From NCBI GenBank assembly GCA_043814605.1, contig JBDRJV010000022.1:85305-149304 (forward strand): 64,000 bases of DNA, written 5' to 3'. The notes under the pieces were generated by a model that was not told the origin of the DNA, did no database searches, and saw only the letters and a program-made list of their open reading frames with translations. The stretch comes from Candidatus Omnitrophota bacterium. Lineage in GTDB: Bacteria > Omnitrophota > Gorgyraeia > B26-G9. Below are positions 47,344-57,282 of this stretch, piece by piece; position 1 is the first letter of the stretch; each line of letters begins with the position of its first letter. A program made the position numbers and the translations under genes.

Positions 47344-50271
47344 TTACCAGCGTAATGGACTCTGCCAGGCTTCTTTTAATTCATTAATAGTATAATTTAT
47401 CTTTAGCGCTCCATCAATCCCTTTAATCATAAATTTATTATTATCGGTTAGGTGCCCGAGGCAAGCAAAGGGAATTCCCTGGATAGTTTTCTCAAAAGAA
47501 TTTTTATGTTTTGGTTCTATCTCAACAATAAAACGAGAATTGGATTCAGAAAATAATAATACAGTGTCATTTAAATCCTGCGCCGGAATTTTGTGAATTA
47601 AAAATTTTAAATCAATCTCCATCCCCAGGCCTCCGGAAAACGCCATCTCTGCCATTGCCACAGCAATACCCCCTTCAGAACAGTCATGACATGAACGTAC
47701 CAGTTTTTTACGGGTTGCATAGCTGATCAGTTCAAAAATCTGCGCACTTTTTTTAAAATTAACCTGCGGCACATTCGGACTTCTAAGGTTCTGAACAGTG
47801 TTATAACTGCTGCCGCCCATTTCATCAAAAGTAGTACCGATACAATAGACTAAATTACCCGGCATTTTCGCATCTGCAGATATTACATTTTCCACATTAT
47901 CCATAACTCCCACAGCAGAAATCAGCAATGTCGGAGGTATGGAAATAATTTTATGCCCGATATTATATTCATTATTCAAACTATCTTTACCGGAAATAAA
48001 CGGAACCCCGAAAGCTAACGAAGCATCGCGAGCGCCAAAACAAGCACGCACCAGCTGCCCTAAAACTTTCGGCCGGGCAGTATTCCCCCAGCTAAAATTA
48101 TCTAAGAGGGCAACCTGTTTTAAATTCCCGCCCACACTGATTATCTGGCGCAAAGCTTCATCCACACAAGCTACGGCCATCCAATAGGGATCAATATCCG
48201 AATAACGCGAATTTATGCCGCAAGAAACAATAATTCCTTTTTTTGAATCAGGTTTTGGTTTTAATACTGCTGCATCCTGAGGCCCGTCATTATTAACTCC
48301 GGCTAATGGTTTTAAAACACTCATTCCCTGTACTTCATGATCATACTGCCGGATAATCCATTCCTTAGAACTAATATTTAAATCTGATAGTACTTTTAAA
48401 AGATCAGCGGTTAAATCTTTTTTTTGCCGCATGCTCATTTTTTTAATCACCGGCGGCTCCCAAACTGCAGTACGTTTAAATTTTGGCAATCCCTGATGCA
48501 AAAAATCCATATCTAAACTGCAAACACAATTTCTCTGATAAAACAATTCCAATCTTTTTGTGTTCGTAAACTTTCCGATAACTGCCGCTTCCACTGCTTC
48601 TTTTTCAAACAAAGACAATATTTTCTTTAACTTTTTACCCGGCACAGAAAAAACCATACGTTCCTGCGCTTCGGAAATCCACATTTCCGTATAACTTAAT
48701 CCGTCATATTTAAGCGGGATTTTATCTAAATCAACACGCGCACCTGTTTGTGCAGCCATTTCTCCCACAGCACTGGAAAATCCTCCGGCCCCGCAATCCG
48801 TAACAGCAGTGTACAATTTCTGGTCGCGTGCCTGGATCAGTGTATCCAAAACTTTTTTTTCAGTAATCGCATTTCCAATTTGTACTGCCCCGCTGGATAT
48901 GGCTTCTGATTCATGAGTTAATTCCACAGATGAAAAAGTTGCGCCGTGGATTCCGTCACGGCCGGTTCTGCCGCCGACAGCTACAATATATTCACCCGCA
49001 CTCACTTTTTTAAACGAATATTGTTTAGGCATGATCCCTAATGTCCCGCAATAAACTAAGGGGTTGCCGGTATACCGCTCATCAAAAACCACCGCTCCAT
49101 TGCAGGTAGGAATCCCCATACGATTTCCGTAATCGCGTACACCACTAACCACTCCTTGCATAATTCTTTTAGGATGCAAAACTCCCTGCGGTAATTTTTC
49201 CCTTTTCATTTCCGGCAAGCCAAAGCAAAAAACATCTGTATTCATTATGGGTTTTGCGCCCAAACCCACTCCTAATATATCGCGGATAACTCCGCCAATG
49301 CCTGTACCTGCTCCGCCGTAAGGATCAAGGGCTGAAGGGTGGTTATGGGTTTCAACCTTAAAACAAATATTATCTTTCTGGTCAAACTTAATAATTCCCG
49401 CATTATCCTGAAAAACAGAAACACACCAGGATTTATTCAGTTTTTTTGTAGCACTCATTATTGTGGTTTTAAGCAGATTTTTTATTATTCGTTTCTGTTT
49501 AGATTTCCGCAGGGTTTTATCGGTATAATCAATATTACCGCGCAGAGTTTTATGGACACAATGTTCTGACCAAGTTTGGGCCAGAGTTTCCAGTTCACAA
49601 TCCGTAGGATTTCTGCCAATTTTTTTATAATATTTCTTTATTACCTGCATTTCTTCAAGGGTGAGCGAGAGCTGGCCGGCTTTACTAATTTTCAACAGGC
49701 CCTGAGCATTTTGGTTTAAAATTTCAATTTCAATTTTTTTAAACTTATAATTTACATGTTTATGCGCATCCAGGGTTTTTTTTAAATCTTGAATTTTAAC
49801 TACATGCTGAATCACTTTATTATAAAGCAGTTTATCCCCGATAAATTCAAGCTGTTTTTTACTTAAAACACCTTTAATCAGGTATTGCCGGCCGGTATAA
49901 ACTGCGCTTATCTGTTTAAACCCTAAATCCCTGATGCCTTTAAGCGTACTTTCCTGCCAAGGATCCATAACTCCGGGGTTATAGGCAATTTCCAAAACAT
50001 GAAAATCTTTTTTTTCTTTAATTATAAATTTTTTATCATCCAGCATCCCCAATTTAAATGTTTGGATTACTGCGTCGCATAAGAGCTTTCTGCTTATTTT
50101 CTCAACCCAACTTTCAGCCTTCTTATTATTTTCTGATTCAATGATATAAACCTGAACCATTTTTACATCATTAACAGAATTAATTCCCAAATCAATAATT
50201 CCCCGTTTAACCCCCTCACCGATCGGATCAGAAATATTTGATTTATATTTTACTTCTACTCGCCAAAGCAT
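47344..50271 (-). CDS. purL: FGAM synthase II with two N-terminal PurS-like domains fused (PurS-PurS-PurL)
   Basis: Residues ~1-170: two copies of the PurS-like pattern (EVKYKSNISDPIGEGVKRGIIDLG..; HVLEIAYNPGVMDPWQESTLKGIRDLGF..); remainder canonical small PurL (AIR-synthase-related duplicated domains); 975 aa. Confidence 0.9.
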   Translation of the reverse strand: MLWRVEVKYKSNISDPIGEGVKRGIIDLGINSVNDVKMVQVYIIESENNKKAESWVEKISRKLLCDAVIQTFKLGMLDDKKFIIKEKKDFHVLEIAYNPGVMDPWQESTLKGIRDLGFKQISAVYTGRQYLIKGVLSKKQLEFIGDKLLYNKVIQHVVKIQDLKKTLDAHKHVNYKFKKIEIEILNQNAQGLLKISKAGQLSLTLEEMQVIKKYYKKIGRNPTDCELETLAQTWSEHCVHKTLRGNIDYTDKTLRKSKQKRIIKNLLKTTIMSATKKLNKSWCVSVFQDNAGIIKFDQKDNICFKVETHNHPSALDPYGGAGTGIGGVIRDILGVGLGAKPIMNTDVFCFGLPEMKREKLPQGVLHPKRIMQGVVSGVRDYGNRMGIPTCNGAVVFDERYTGNPLVYCGTLGIMPKQYSFKKVSAGEYIVAVGGRTGRDGIHGATFSSVELTHESEAISSGAVQIGNAITEKKVLDTLIQARDQKLYTAVTDCGAGGFSSAVGEMAAQTGARVDLDKIPLKYDGLSYTEMWISEAQERMVFSVPGKKLKKILSLFEKEAVEAAVIGKFTNTKRLELFYQRNCVCSLDMDFLHQGLPKFKRTAVWEPPVIKKMSMRQKKDLTADLLKVLSDLNISSKEWIIRQYDHEVQGMSVLKPLAGVNNDGPQDAAVLKPKPDSKKGIIVSCGINSRYSDIDPYWMAVACVDEALRQIISVGGNLKQVALLDNFSWGNTARPKVLGQLVRACFGARDASLAFGVPFISGKDSLNNEYNIGHKIISIPPTLLISAVGVMDNVENVISADAKMPGNLVYCIGTTFDEMGGSSYNTVQNLRSPNVPQVNFKKSAQIFELISYATRKKLVRSCHDCSEGGIAVAMAEMAFSGGLGMEIDLKFLIHKIPAQDLNDTVLLFSESNSRFIVEIEPKHKNSFEKTIQGIPFACLGHLTDNNKFMIKGIDGALKINYTINELKEAWQSPLRW

Positions 50272-50286
50272 GATGTTCCTATTTTA

Positions 50287-50321
50287 GGCTACAGGTAACA
50301 GGTTTCAGGTTACAGGCTAAA
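50287..50321. repeat. Heptamer tandem array (GGCTACA GGTAACA GGTTTCA GGTTACA GGCTAAA) in the purB-purL intergenic region
   Basis: Read directly; 5 units. Confidence 0.85.
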
Positions 50322-50325
50322 AGCT

Positions 50326-50363
50326 TTACCTGCTGCCGGATACTTGAAACCTGCCACTTGTAA
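50326..50363. repeat. Imperfect inverted copy of the preceding array (ACCTGCT GCCGGAT ACTTGAA ACCTGCC ACTTGTA), giving a long imperfect hairpin between purB stop and purL start
   Basis: rc of this segment (TTACAAG TGGCAGG TTTCAAG ...) aligns with 50287-50321. Confidence 0.65.
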
Positions 50364-50364
50364 T

Positions 50365-51618
50365 TTAGATTCCCACTCGTTTAAAAATAATTTTAATATT
50401 ACGCAGAATATATTTAAGATCAAAACAACGCTCTATTTCTTTTTGGGTAAGAATTTTTGACAACTCCTTATCATTAAGTAAAAGGGTTTTGAAATCTTTT
50501 TTCTCTTTCCAGACTGCCAAGGCATTTCTCTGTACCAGTGCATACGACTGCTCCCGGGTAAGCCCTTTTTCGACTAAAGCAATTAAAACAGTCTGGGAAA
50601 ACATCAGGCCACGCGTTTTCTGCAAATTTTCCAGCATATTTTTCGGGTAAACAATTAATTTATCTACAAGATCAATCACTAAAGAAAGCATGTAATCGAG
50701 GATGATCGTTGAATCCGGCAAAATAATTCTCTCTACTGACGAATGCGAAATATCCCGCTCATGCCAGAGGCTGATATTTTCCATGGCTGCCAGGGCATTG
50801 CCTCTTAACACCCGGGCCAAACCCGAAATTCGTTCGCAAGTTATGGGATTGCGCTTATGCGGCATTGCGGATGAGCCTTTTTGGCCTTGAGAAAAAAATT
50901 CTTCTACTTCTAAAATTTCTGTGTGCTGTAAATTCCTTATTTCTGTTGTGAATTTTTCTAAACTTGAACCAATCAAGGCAATAGAGGTTAAAAATTCCGC
51001 GTGCCTATCTCTTTGCACAATCTGATTAGCTACAGGTTCCAGGCCAATGCCTAATTTTTTCAAAACAATTTTCTCAATTCTGGGATCGATATTAGAATAC
51101 GTTCCCACTGCTCCGGAAAGTTTACCAACGCAGACACTTTTTTTAGCATTTTCTAATCTGGTTAAATTCCGTTTTGTTTCCTCATACCAAAGGGCCATTT
51201 TCAAGCCAAAAGTTATGGGCTCTGCATGCACATTATGGGAACGGCCAGGCATGGGAGTATTTTTGTATTTTCTCGCTTTTTTCTTAAGCACATTAAGTAA
51301 AGTTTTCAGTTCGCCAATTAAAACATCACCGGCATCTTTAAGCTGTAAGGCTTGAGCGGTATCAATGGCATCATTGGAAGTTAAGCCCATATGGATAAAG
51401 CGAGAATCCGGGCCAACATTTTCTGCTACAGAGGTTAAAAAAGATATAATATCGTGTTTTGTTTTCTGCTCGATTTGGTTAATTCGTTTCAGGCTGAATT
51501 TTGCTTTTTTCTCAATGCGGGCGAGTGAAGATTTGGGAATTTTACCCAGCTGCGCCCAGGCCTGACAAACGGCAATTTCCACATCCAGCATTTTTGCCAT
51601 CGGGCAGTTTCTGTCCAT
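50365..51618 (-). CDS. purB: Adenylosuccinate lyase; N-terminal ~20 aa (MISRYTREKMGKIWTE..., ATG at 51656) lie upstream in another frame, shifted at a T5 run 51591-51595
   Basis: Annotated frame matches PurB from MLDVEIAVCQAW onward; upstream frame encodes the conserved PurB N-terminus; one extra A restores RWQKMLDVEIAVCQAW. Confidence 0.88.
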   Translation of the reverse strand: MDRNCPMAKMLDVEIAVCQAWAQLGKIPKSSLARIEKKAKFSLKRINQIEQKTKHDIISFLTSVAENVGPDSRFIHMGLTSNDAIDTAQALQLKDAGDVLIGELKTLLNVLKKKARKYKNTPMPGRSHNVHAEPITFGLKMALWYEETKRNLTRLENAKKSVCVGKLSGAVGTYSNIDPRIEKIVLKKLGIGLEPVANQIVQRDRHAEFLTSIALIGSSLEKFTTEIRNLQHTEILEVEEFFSQGQKGSSAMPHKRNPITCERISGLARVLRGNALAAMENISLWHERDISHSSVERIILPDSTIILDYMLSLVIDLVDKLIVYPKNMLENLQKTRGLMFSQTVLIALVEKGLTREQSYALVQRNALAVWKEKKDFKTLLLNDKELSKILTQKEIERCFDLKYILRNIKIIFKRVGI

Positions 51619-51699
51619 ATTTTACCCATTTTTTCACGTGTATAACGGCTAATCATAATTTTCCCCTTTTTTTATCTGATTCGCTTTTAGGAATATATA

Positions 51700-51728
51700 A
51701 TCATAGCAAATTATTCATTTTTGGTCAA
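51700..51728 (-). promoter_or_regulatory. Putative sigma70 promoter of the pur operon (TTGACC - 17 nt - TATGAT on the minus strand)
   Basis: rc of 51723-51728 is TTGACC, rc of 51700-51705 is TATGAT, 17-nt spacer, ~40 nt upstream of the purB ATG at 51656. Confidence 0.45.
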
Positions 51729-51747
51729 ATAATTTAATATAGTAAAA

Positions 51748-51776
51748 AAGACCTAAAATTTATAATCTTAGGTCTT
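51748..51776. terminator. Intrinsic terminator (9-bp stem AAGACCTAA/TTAGGTCTT, 11-nt loop, U-run on the minus strand) after the giant gene
   Basis: Perfect 9-bp inverted repeat followed by TTTTTT in minus-strand sense. Confidence 0.55.
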
Positions 51777-51809
51777 TATTTTATTAATACAATAAATATA
51801 TAAAAATAT

Positions 51810-54800
51810 CTATATTGCCTGACTTATTAAAGAAACCGGGCTTTTATTAAATCCTAATGTTTGCCTAATTGATTTAATGCTGACTTTTGGTAATTTAGAT
51901 ATTAATCTTTGGGCTAAAGTTGTACTTTTTAATTGATGGCTGTTTTTTAATAAAAGGGATATTGCTTTATTCACAACATCCTGATTCTGAGCCTGGGCAG
52001 CAATATTTCTAAATATTGACAATCTTCTATCCGGGAAAGAGTTCTCATATAAAATATCCAGCATAGATAAAGCCTCTCTACTTGATAAATTTGCCCTGAT
52101 TATATTTTTTGCCGCAGCACGGTTTCTGTTGTTTAAAATTGCCAGTGCTGTTTTTGCCATGGCAACAAGGTTTTTCCTGTCCTTATCTAAACTTTGAGTT
52201 TCGATAATACCCTTTAAAACTTTTTTATACGATTTTAATTTCATTTTCGCCGCTGTATAAAACAAAACCCTGAGTGCTGATTCTCTGCCTTGACCTAAAC
52301 AATCTCCTAATAGTTCTCCAAATTTTACCCATTGTTCATGGTTAAAATCACTTTTTTTAAATTGCGCCAGTATAAAAACACTTTCCTCTAAATTCGCGAT
52401 TTGATAAGAATCAAGAAGCAATTGAATACTTTCTGAATTTGGATATGAAGATACTGCTTGCAAATATTTTTGGGTTGTACTCCAGGAGTACTTCATAGAA
52501 AACTTTTTAACATTAAAATATTTAGTAAGGATTTTAAACCCGTGAGCACAAATGTTTTCGTTTTTTTGTAAAATATTAAAAATCTCTTCATCATAACTAA
52601 GTTTTCTATAACTATCGCTTAAGTACTGCTCAATTAGTTTCAACCCTACTTGTGCTTTATAATCTTTTTGCTGCTGTTTTAAATAATTCTCATGCGCAAT
52701 TACCAGTTTAATAACAGTTGTTCTTATCCATTCTTTTTCTGTCATAAAATAAGCTGCATCATCAAACCTCTGCAGGCAATATTCTAAAAAACTTTGTTTT
52801 GTCAGCAACAGTTTTTTTACCCAAGGGTGTACACCAAAACCGCCCCGGTCTAAATCTCCGCCGTAAAACATCCCGTTCCAGGCATCTAAAGACCCGGTCT
52901 GCATTATTGCCAGCCCTTTACCTGCGCCTAAACTGGCAAACATGTAGTCAGAAATTTTTTCCTGATCAGTTTTAAGTATACCCTGTAAAAAATTTCTTAT
53001 TCGATAAAATAATCCACCCTGCTCCGAGTCACCATTTACTAAATATTTTGCGGCAAGTTTTCCTAATGTTTCATTAGCATACCCGCCTAATTCGGATAGA
53101 TACCCATTGCTGCTTATACTGGCAATCCTGCTCCAGGCTAAAATATTTTCATATATAGGCAATTTCGGCTTTCGCTGAACTTCTCCTAAGCTGGCAATCA
53201 ACCTGGCCGCAAGCAATATTTCAAATCTTTGTTCTGTAAGGTTAGAATTAGGCTGCATTATTTGGCTAAAGCGGCTGTTAATGTTTTTTATTATTAATGC
53301 GTAAGTATTTTTGCCGGCTAATCTGCCGATCATCTGAAAATATTTAACTAATTTATGATACTCGCTAAAACTGCTTGTCTTAAATAATTTCGCTAGTTTA
53401 TCCTTATCTTCCCTATTTACCTCAAATTCTGTAATAAATTCATTTAATAAATTTTGCGCAAACTTATCCTGTTTATTTATTAATTCCTTTTTTTGCGCCT
53501 CGGTTGATTGATTATAAACTTCTTGCAAAAATTCAAAATACTGTTCATCAATTTTACCTTGAGCAAATTTATTCAGGACAAAATTAACAACATTTTCAGA
53601 TAAACTATCCGTATCTCTTACCTGCGGCCATTGGACATTAAAACCTTTGGCAGAATTAAGCGCATTATAAAGCACACTCAAAATATTCTTTCCCGCTCTT
53701 TCCGGAGAATAAAACTGCCCGTTACTTGCTGGAAATTCTTCACTAAGGTTATTTTCGAGTTTCTTCTGCGCTCCCAGAATATTCTCAGAATCAGGCAACC
53801 TGGGAATTTCTATCAGATATTCCGGCTGAGTTAAAACATAATCAAAAACTTTTTCTGATAATTCACTAAACTGTATGTTCGCTTCCTTTTGAATCCTTTG
53901 ATCTAAAAAAATCATCTGGAATGCAATTCTGGTCTTAAAAAACTCATATCTTGAATTATTAAAATCAGAAAACATCATTTTTATTATTGGATTTACTCCC
54001 CCATTAAATATTCCATACTTGTACGGATCCTGGTTTAACTCAAAAAATATTTGTTCTACATTATCAAGATAAACAGTATAATCACGGCTGTATGCATTTC
54101 TTAACAAAATATCGTATAAACTTTCTTTGTGATCTCTGTGGATGAGATCAAATCCACAAATTAATTTAGTAGTTAAGGCCCGGTCATGACTACTATGCCT
54201 TTTATAGGCAATTTCAATTATACTTTTTAAAAAAGTCAGTTTTTCTTGATCATAAAAATATACAGAGTTTTGTAGCTGTTGAATTGCGTATAGAGCATGG
54301 TTTCTTGCCTCCGAGATATTACTTTCCTCTAGCGCATATTTTATAAGCCAATTCATTGCCGCTTCTATCGGTTCATTTGTTTTCTTTTTACTTAAATCAT
54401 AAAAATGTTTTTCCTCTTGCATTTTTCCCAATAAACGTATTGTACTCTCTTTTTTAATCAGTTCTTCTATCTCTCCGTCGATGGGAAAAATCGCCTTACT
54501 AAACATGTCCGCTGTGGTATCTTTAAATTTATTCTGATACACTCTTTCTAAGATGTCATCTATTTCTAAAACAAGTTCTTTTGCTTGGTTATCCCCGGCT
54601 CTTACACAATCATATTTAATTTTCAGTAAAAAGGCATACGCTATTTTTACATATAAAGGAGCGCCCCATTTCAAAAAATTCTCAAACACAAAAAATAACT
54701 CTGCATCCGGCTCCATATGAGAAATCATAACCAATGCAGAAAGATTAGTATATTTTTTATCTTCCTGTATAACTTTTTTAATTTTATTTTTGAGTTTAGA

Positions 54801-57023
54801 ATTTTTATGGGAATTATTAGCTAAGAATTCAATCAGGGAAAAATTAAAGCGGTGAATATCCCTCATCAGATCATCAATAATATTGCTTTCAACTATAAGC
54901 TCAGCTGCATTTTTTGAAAGTCCTGTTTTTTCTAAAATATTGGCATATAAATCATAGAAATACGTAATTTTTTCTTCTGTCAGAACGCTGGTAATTTTTT
55001 CTGACACCCGGGGTTTTAGTTCATCCGGGATATCACACTCTGATAAAAGCTCTAAAGCAACCATTAATCTTTCTGAATTATGTCCGTTAATTTGTTTTGT
55101 CGCTTGAGAAAGAATATATTCCACGGATTTAACTCTATCTTCAGCTGTACCCACTTTATTCAAAACATAATTTGCTGCAATCTTAACCACCATATTTTCC
55201 GGTAAATCATCTGTATCTAAATAAGGCTGGATTAATAAACGGATAAAACCTTTTTCTTTTTCTGTTCTCTGGGAGAAATTTAAAAGCGAAACAATCTGCC
55301 CCGCACGGACTTCGGGAGTAATTTTCCCATCCCGAACCGCTAAAATATTATCCATTGCCTCTTGGCTGGCTGGGGTTATGAAAATGTTCGTCAAATCAGC
55401 TGCTTTGGCTAACTGCATAAAAGATTTTTTTACTCTCCAGTTATAATTATTATCCTTTAATAAACATTTAAACAAAGCCACTGTTGCTGCATAACTGCAG
55501 GGTGTATTTTGGTCAGCTTTTTCAGCTAAAATAAGTAATAATTCATCATTAAAATATAAAGAACCTTCTACCTGTTCCATCGCGCGTAGAGCCACTTTTG
55601 GATCATTTGCAGTAATCATTTTTTTGAGGGAATTAACCTTATCAGGGGACAACATACTCACACTTGTAATTAAGGCAGGTGAAGGAAAATTCTCCAAAGA
55701 TAAATTCGCTTTTCTTATATCTGAATCCTTCTCATATTGCTGTAAAAAATTATTTACAACTTCCCAGTTTTCAACTTTTCCGTTTTTATATATCTTTTCA
55801 ATTCCGTAGAAAATTAAATAATGATACCTAGCCTCAAGTTCTTTTACCCGCATGAGTAACGAATCAATTGCTGAATAAACCTGGGCATCGCCAATAAATT
55901 GTAAAAGAAAATAATTTCTGATTATCTGGATAACGTTATTTGTCTGTTGAGCTTTGATCTCTGTTTTAAATTTGGCTAAAAAAGCTCTGGCTAATGATTT
56001 GTGCAGCCTCCATCTTTCTTCATTCTCATCAATACTTTCTTTCTTAAGTGTTTTAAGTTGCCAAATTACGCTAAAAGACGGCTTCATATTGCCTAAAAAT
56101 ATCACATAAAAAGCCGGCTCCATAACTTTTCTGGCGATCTTCTGTAAAAACTTATGTTTGTTGGCATTTACAGCCAGCATTTCAATTAATTCAAAACGGT
56201 CTGGTCCCAAAAGATGTGTATCCATAAATAATCGGTCATATAATTTTGCCGCTTTTATAGTTAGTCCGGTTTTTTTTAGAATTTTAGAACAGCCTCTAAC
56301 GCCTTTACCAATTCCTTTAACCTGTACTTGAGCAATGCGAAAAGATAAATCCTCTTGCATATTTACCGGTATCTCGCATTGAGCTAGCAATTTTATAGCC
56401 AGATTAATATTTTCAAGACTGTATTCATTGACCTTAAGCTCAGCTGCCTGTAAAAGTTTAGTTACGGATGTGATTTTTTCTTCGGCATTACCCATCCAGT
56501 TTAGTACATAATTTGCAGCGATTCTTTCCGGCATGCTCATCGAATCCAATAAGGGAGTAATTAATAACCGTAAAACCTCTTTTTCATGTTCTGTTTCAAC
56601 TTTTATTTCAGCCAGGGCTGTAATAATTCCGGCTCTGACCATAGGTGTTTGTGCTTGTTTTGTATTTTTTAAAAATTTCCCAAATAATTCTGCGTGGTCC
56701 TGGGTAACAAAAAATTCAATAAGCTTATCTGCTGCCTGGGGAAATAATTTTTTAAATAAAAGGGGTAGATTTTTACCCATAAAATTTTTTCCTATTAATT
56801 CGGAGGAATTCACCTGGCTAATTTTATTTAGGACATCAATGCCCTCTTTTAAATATGCTTGTTGAATATCTGCTAATTTCAGCGAAATATGCGGCGATAA
56901 TGTTGTTTTTTGTTCTGGTTTATTATTCAGAGTTTGGGCAATTAAGCTTGAGGAAAAACCAGTTAAAATAAATGATGGGATCAGCATTAAGGAAATCAAT
57001 TTGAAAAATATTCTCTTACGCAT
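51810..57023 (-). CDS. Giant (1737 aa) secreted alpha-helical repeat protein of unknown function with a large internal duplication
   Basis: N-terminal signal peptide (KLISLMLIPSFILTGFSSSLIAQ); K/E/L-rich helical composition; residues ~130-230 and ~580-680 are clearly homologous (VRAGIITALAEIKVETEHEKEVLRLLITPLLD... vs VRAGQIVSLLNFSQRTEKEKGFIRLLIQPYLD...). Confidence 0.6.
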   Translation of the reverse strand: MRKRIFFKLISLMLIPSFILTGFSSSLIAQTLNNKPEQKTTLSPHISLKLADIQQAYLKEGIDVLNKISQVNSSELIGKNFMGKNLPLLFKKLFPQAADKLIEFFVTQDHAELFGKFLKNTKQAQTPMVRAGIITALAEIKVETEHEKEVLRLLITPLLDSMSMPERIAANYVLNWMGNAEEKITSVTKLLQAAELKVNEYSLENINLAIKLLAQCEIPVNMQEDLSFRIAQVQVKGIGKGVRGCSKILKKTGLTIKAAKLYDRLFMDTHLLGPDRFELIEMLAVNANKHKFLQKIARKVMEPAFYVIFLGNMKPSFSVIWQLKTLKKESIDENEERWRLHKSLARAFLAKFKTEIKAQQTNNVIQIIRNYFLLQFIGDAQVYSAIDSLLMRVKELEARYHYLIFYGIEKIYKNGKVENWEVVNNFLQQYEKDSDIRKANLSLENFPSPALITSVSMLSPDKVNSLKKMITANDPKVALRAMEQVEGSLYFNDELLLILAEKADQNTPCSYAATVALFKCLLKDNNYNWRVKKSFMQLAKAADLTNIFITPASQEAMDNILAVRDGKITPEVRAGQIVSLLNFSQRTEKEKGFIRLLIQPYLDTDDLPENMVVKIAANYVLNKVGTAEDRVKSVEYILSQATKQINGHNSERLMVALELLSECDIPDELKPRVSEKITSVLTEEKITYFYDLYANILEKTGLSKNAAELIVESNIIDDLMRDIHRFNFSLIEFLANNSHKNSKLKNKIKKVIQEDKKYTNLSALVMISHMEPDAELFFVFENFLKWGAPLYVKIAYAFLLKIKYDCVRAGDNQAKELVLEIDDILERVYQNKFKDTTADMFSKAIFPIDGEIEELIKKESTIRLLGKMQEEKHFYDLSKKKTNEPIEAAMNWLIKYALEESNISEARNHALYAIQQLQNSVYFYDQEKLTFLKSIIEIAYKRHSSHDRALTTKLICGFDLIHRDHKESLYDILLRNAYSRDYTVYLDNVEQIFFELNQDPYKYGIFNGGVNPIIKMMFSDFNNSRYEFFKTRIAFQMIFLDQRIQKEANIQFSELSEKVFDYVLTQPEYLIEIPRLPDSENILGAQKKLENNLSEEFPASNGQFYSPERAGKNILSVLYNALNSAKGFNVQWPQVRDTDSLSENVVNFVLNKFAQGKIDEQYFEFLQEVYNQSTEAQKKELINKQDKFAQNLLNEFITEFEVNREDKDKLAKLFKTSSFSEYHKLVKYFQMIGRLAGKNTYALIIKNINSRFSQIMQPNSNLTEQRFEILLAARLIASLGEVQRKPKLPIYENILAWSRIASISSNGYLSELGGYANETLGKLAAKYLVNGDSEQGGLFYRIRNFLQGILKTDQEKISDYMFASLGAGKGLAIMQTGSLDAWNGMFYGGDLDRGGFGVHPWVKKLLLTKQSFLEYCLQRFDDAAYFMTEKEWIRTTVIKLVIAHENYLKQQQKDYKAQVGLKLIEQYLSDSYRKLSYDEEIFNILQKNENICAHGFKILTKYFNVKKFSMKYSWSTTQKYLQAVSSYPNSESIQLLLDSYQIANLEESVFILAQFKKSDFNHEQWVKFGELLGDCLGQGRESALRVLFYTAAKMKLKSYKKVLKGIIETQSLDKDRKNLVAMAKTALAILNNRNRAAAKNIIRANLSSREALSMLDILYENSFPDRRLSIFRNIAAQAQNQDVVNKAISLLLKNSHQLKSTTLAQRLISKLPKVSIKSIRQTLGFNKSPVSLISQAI

Positions 57024-57282
57024 AAGATAACTCCTTTATTCTGTTATTAAAAATAATTTAAAAAGTTTAAAAAGAACAAAGAAGTATACCATAAGATATA
57101 AATATTAGCAAATTTTTTTAAAAATATAACATATTGTAATAAAATGAGTTATGATTTGATTTAATCGGCTGGTTTTGAGAAACTTCGTGGGGACCCCTCG
57201 GCCTAACGGCCGGGGCTTCCTCTTTTTGCGAACAATCCCTATTTATCTCTGTGCTTTAGCCCGGAGATTTCCAAAAAGGGGA

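Noticed and set aside
51657-51809. Purine riboswitch upstream of purB
   Set aside because: Promoter to ATG leaves only ~35-40 nt of leader. That is too short for a ~70-nt aptamer plus expression platform, and no conserved purine-aptamer junction motifs are seen
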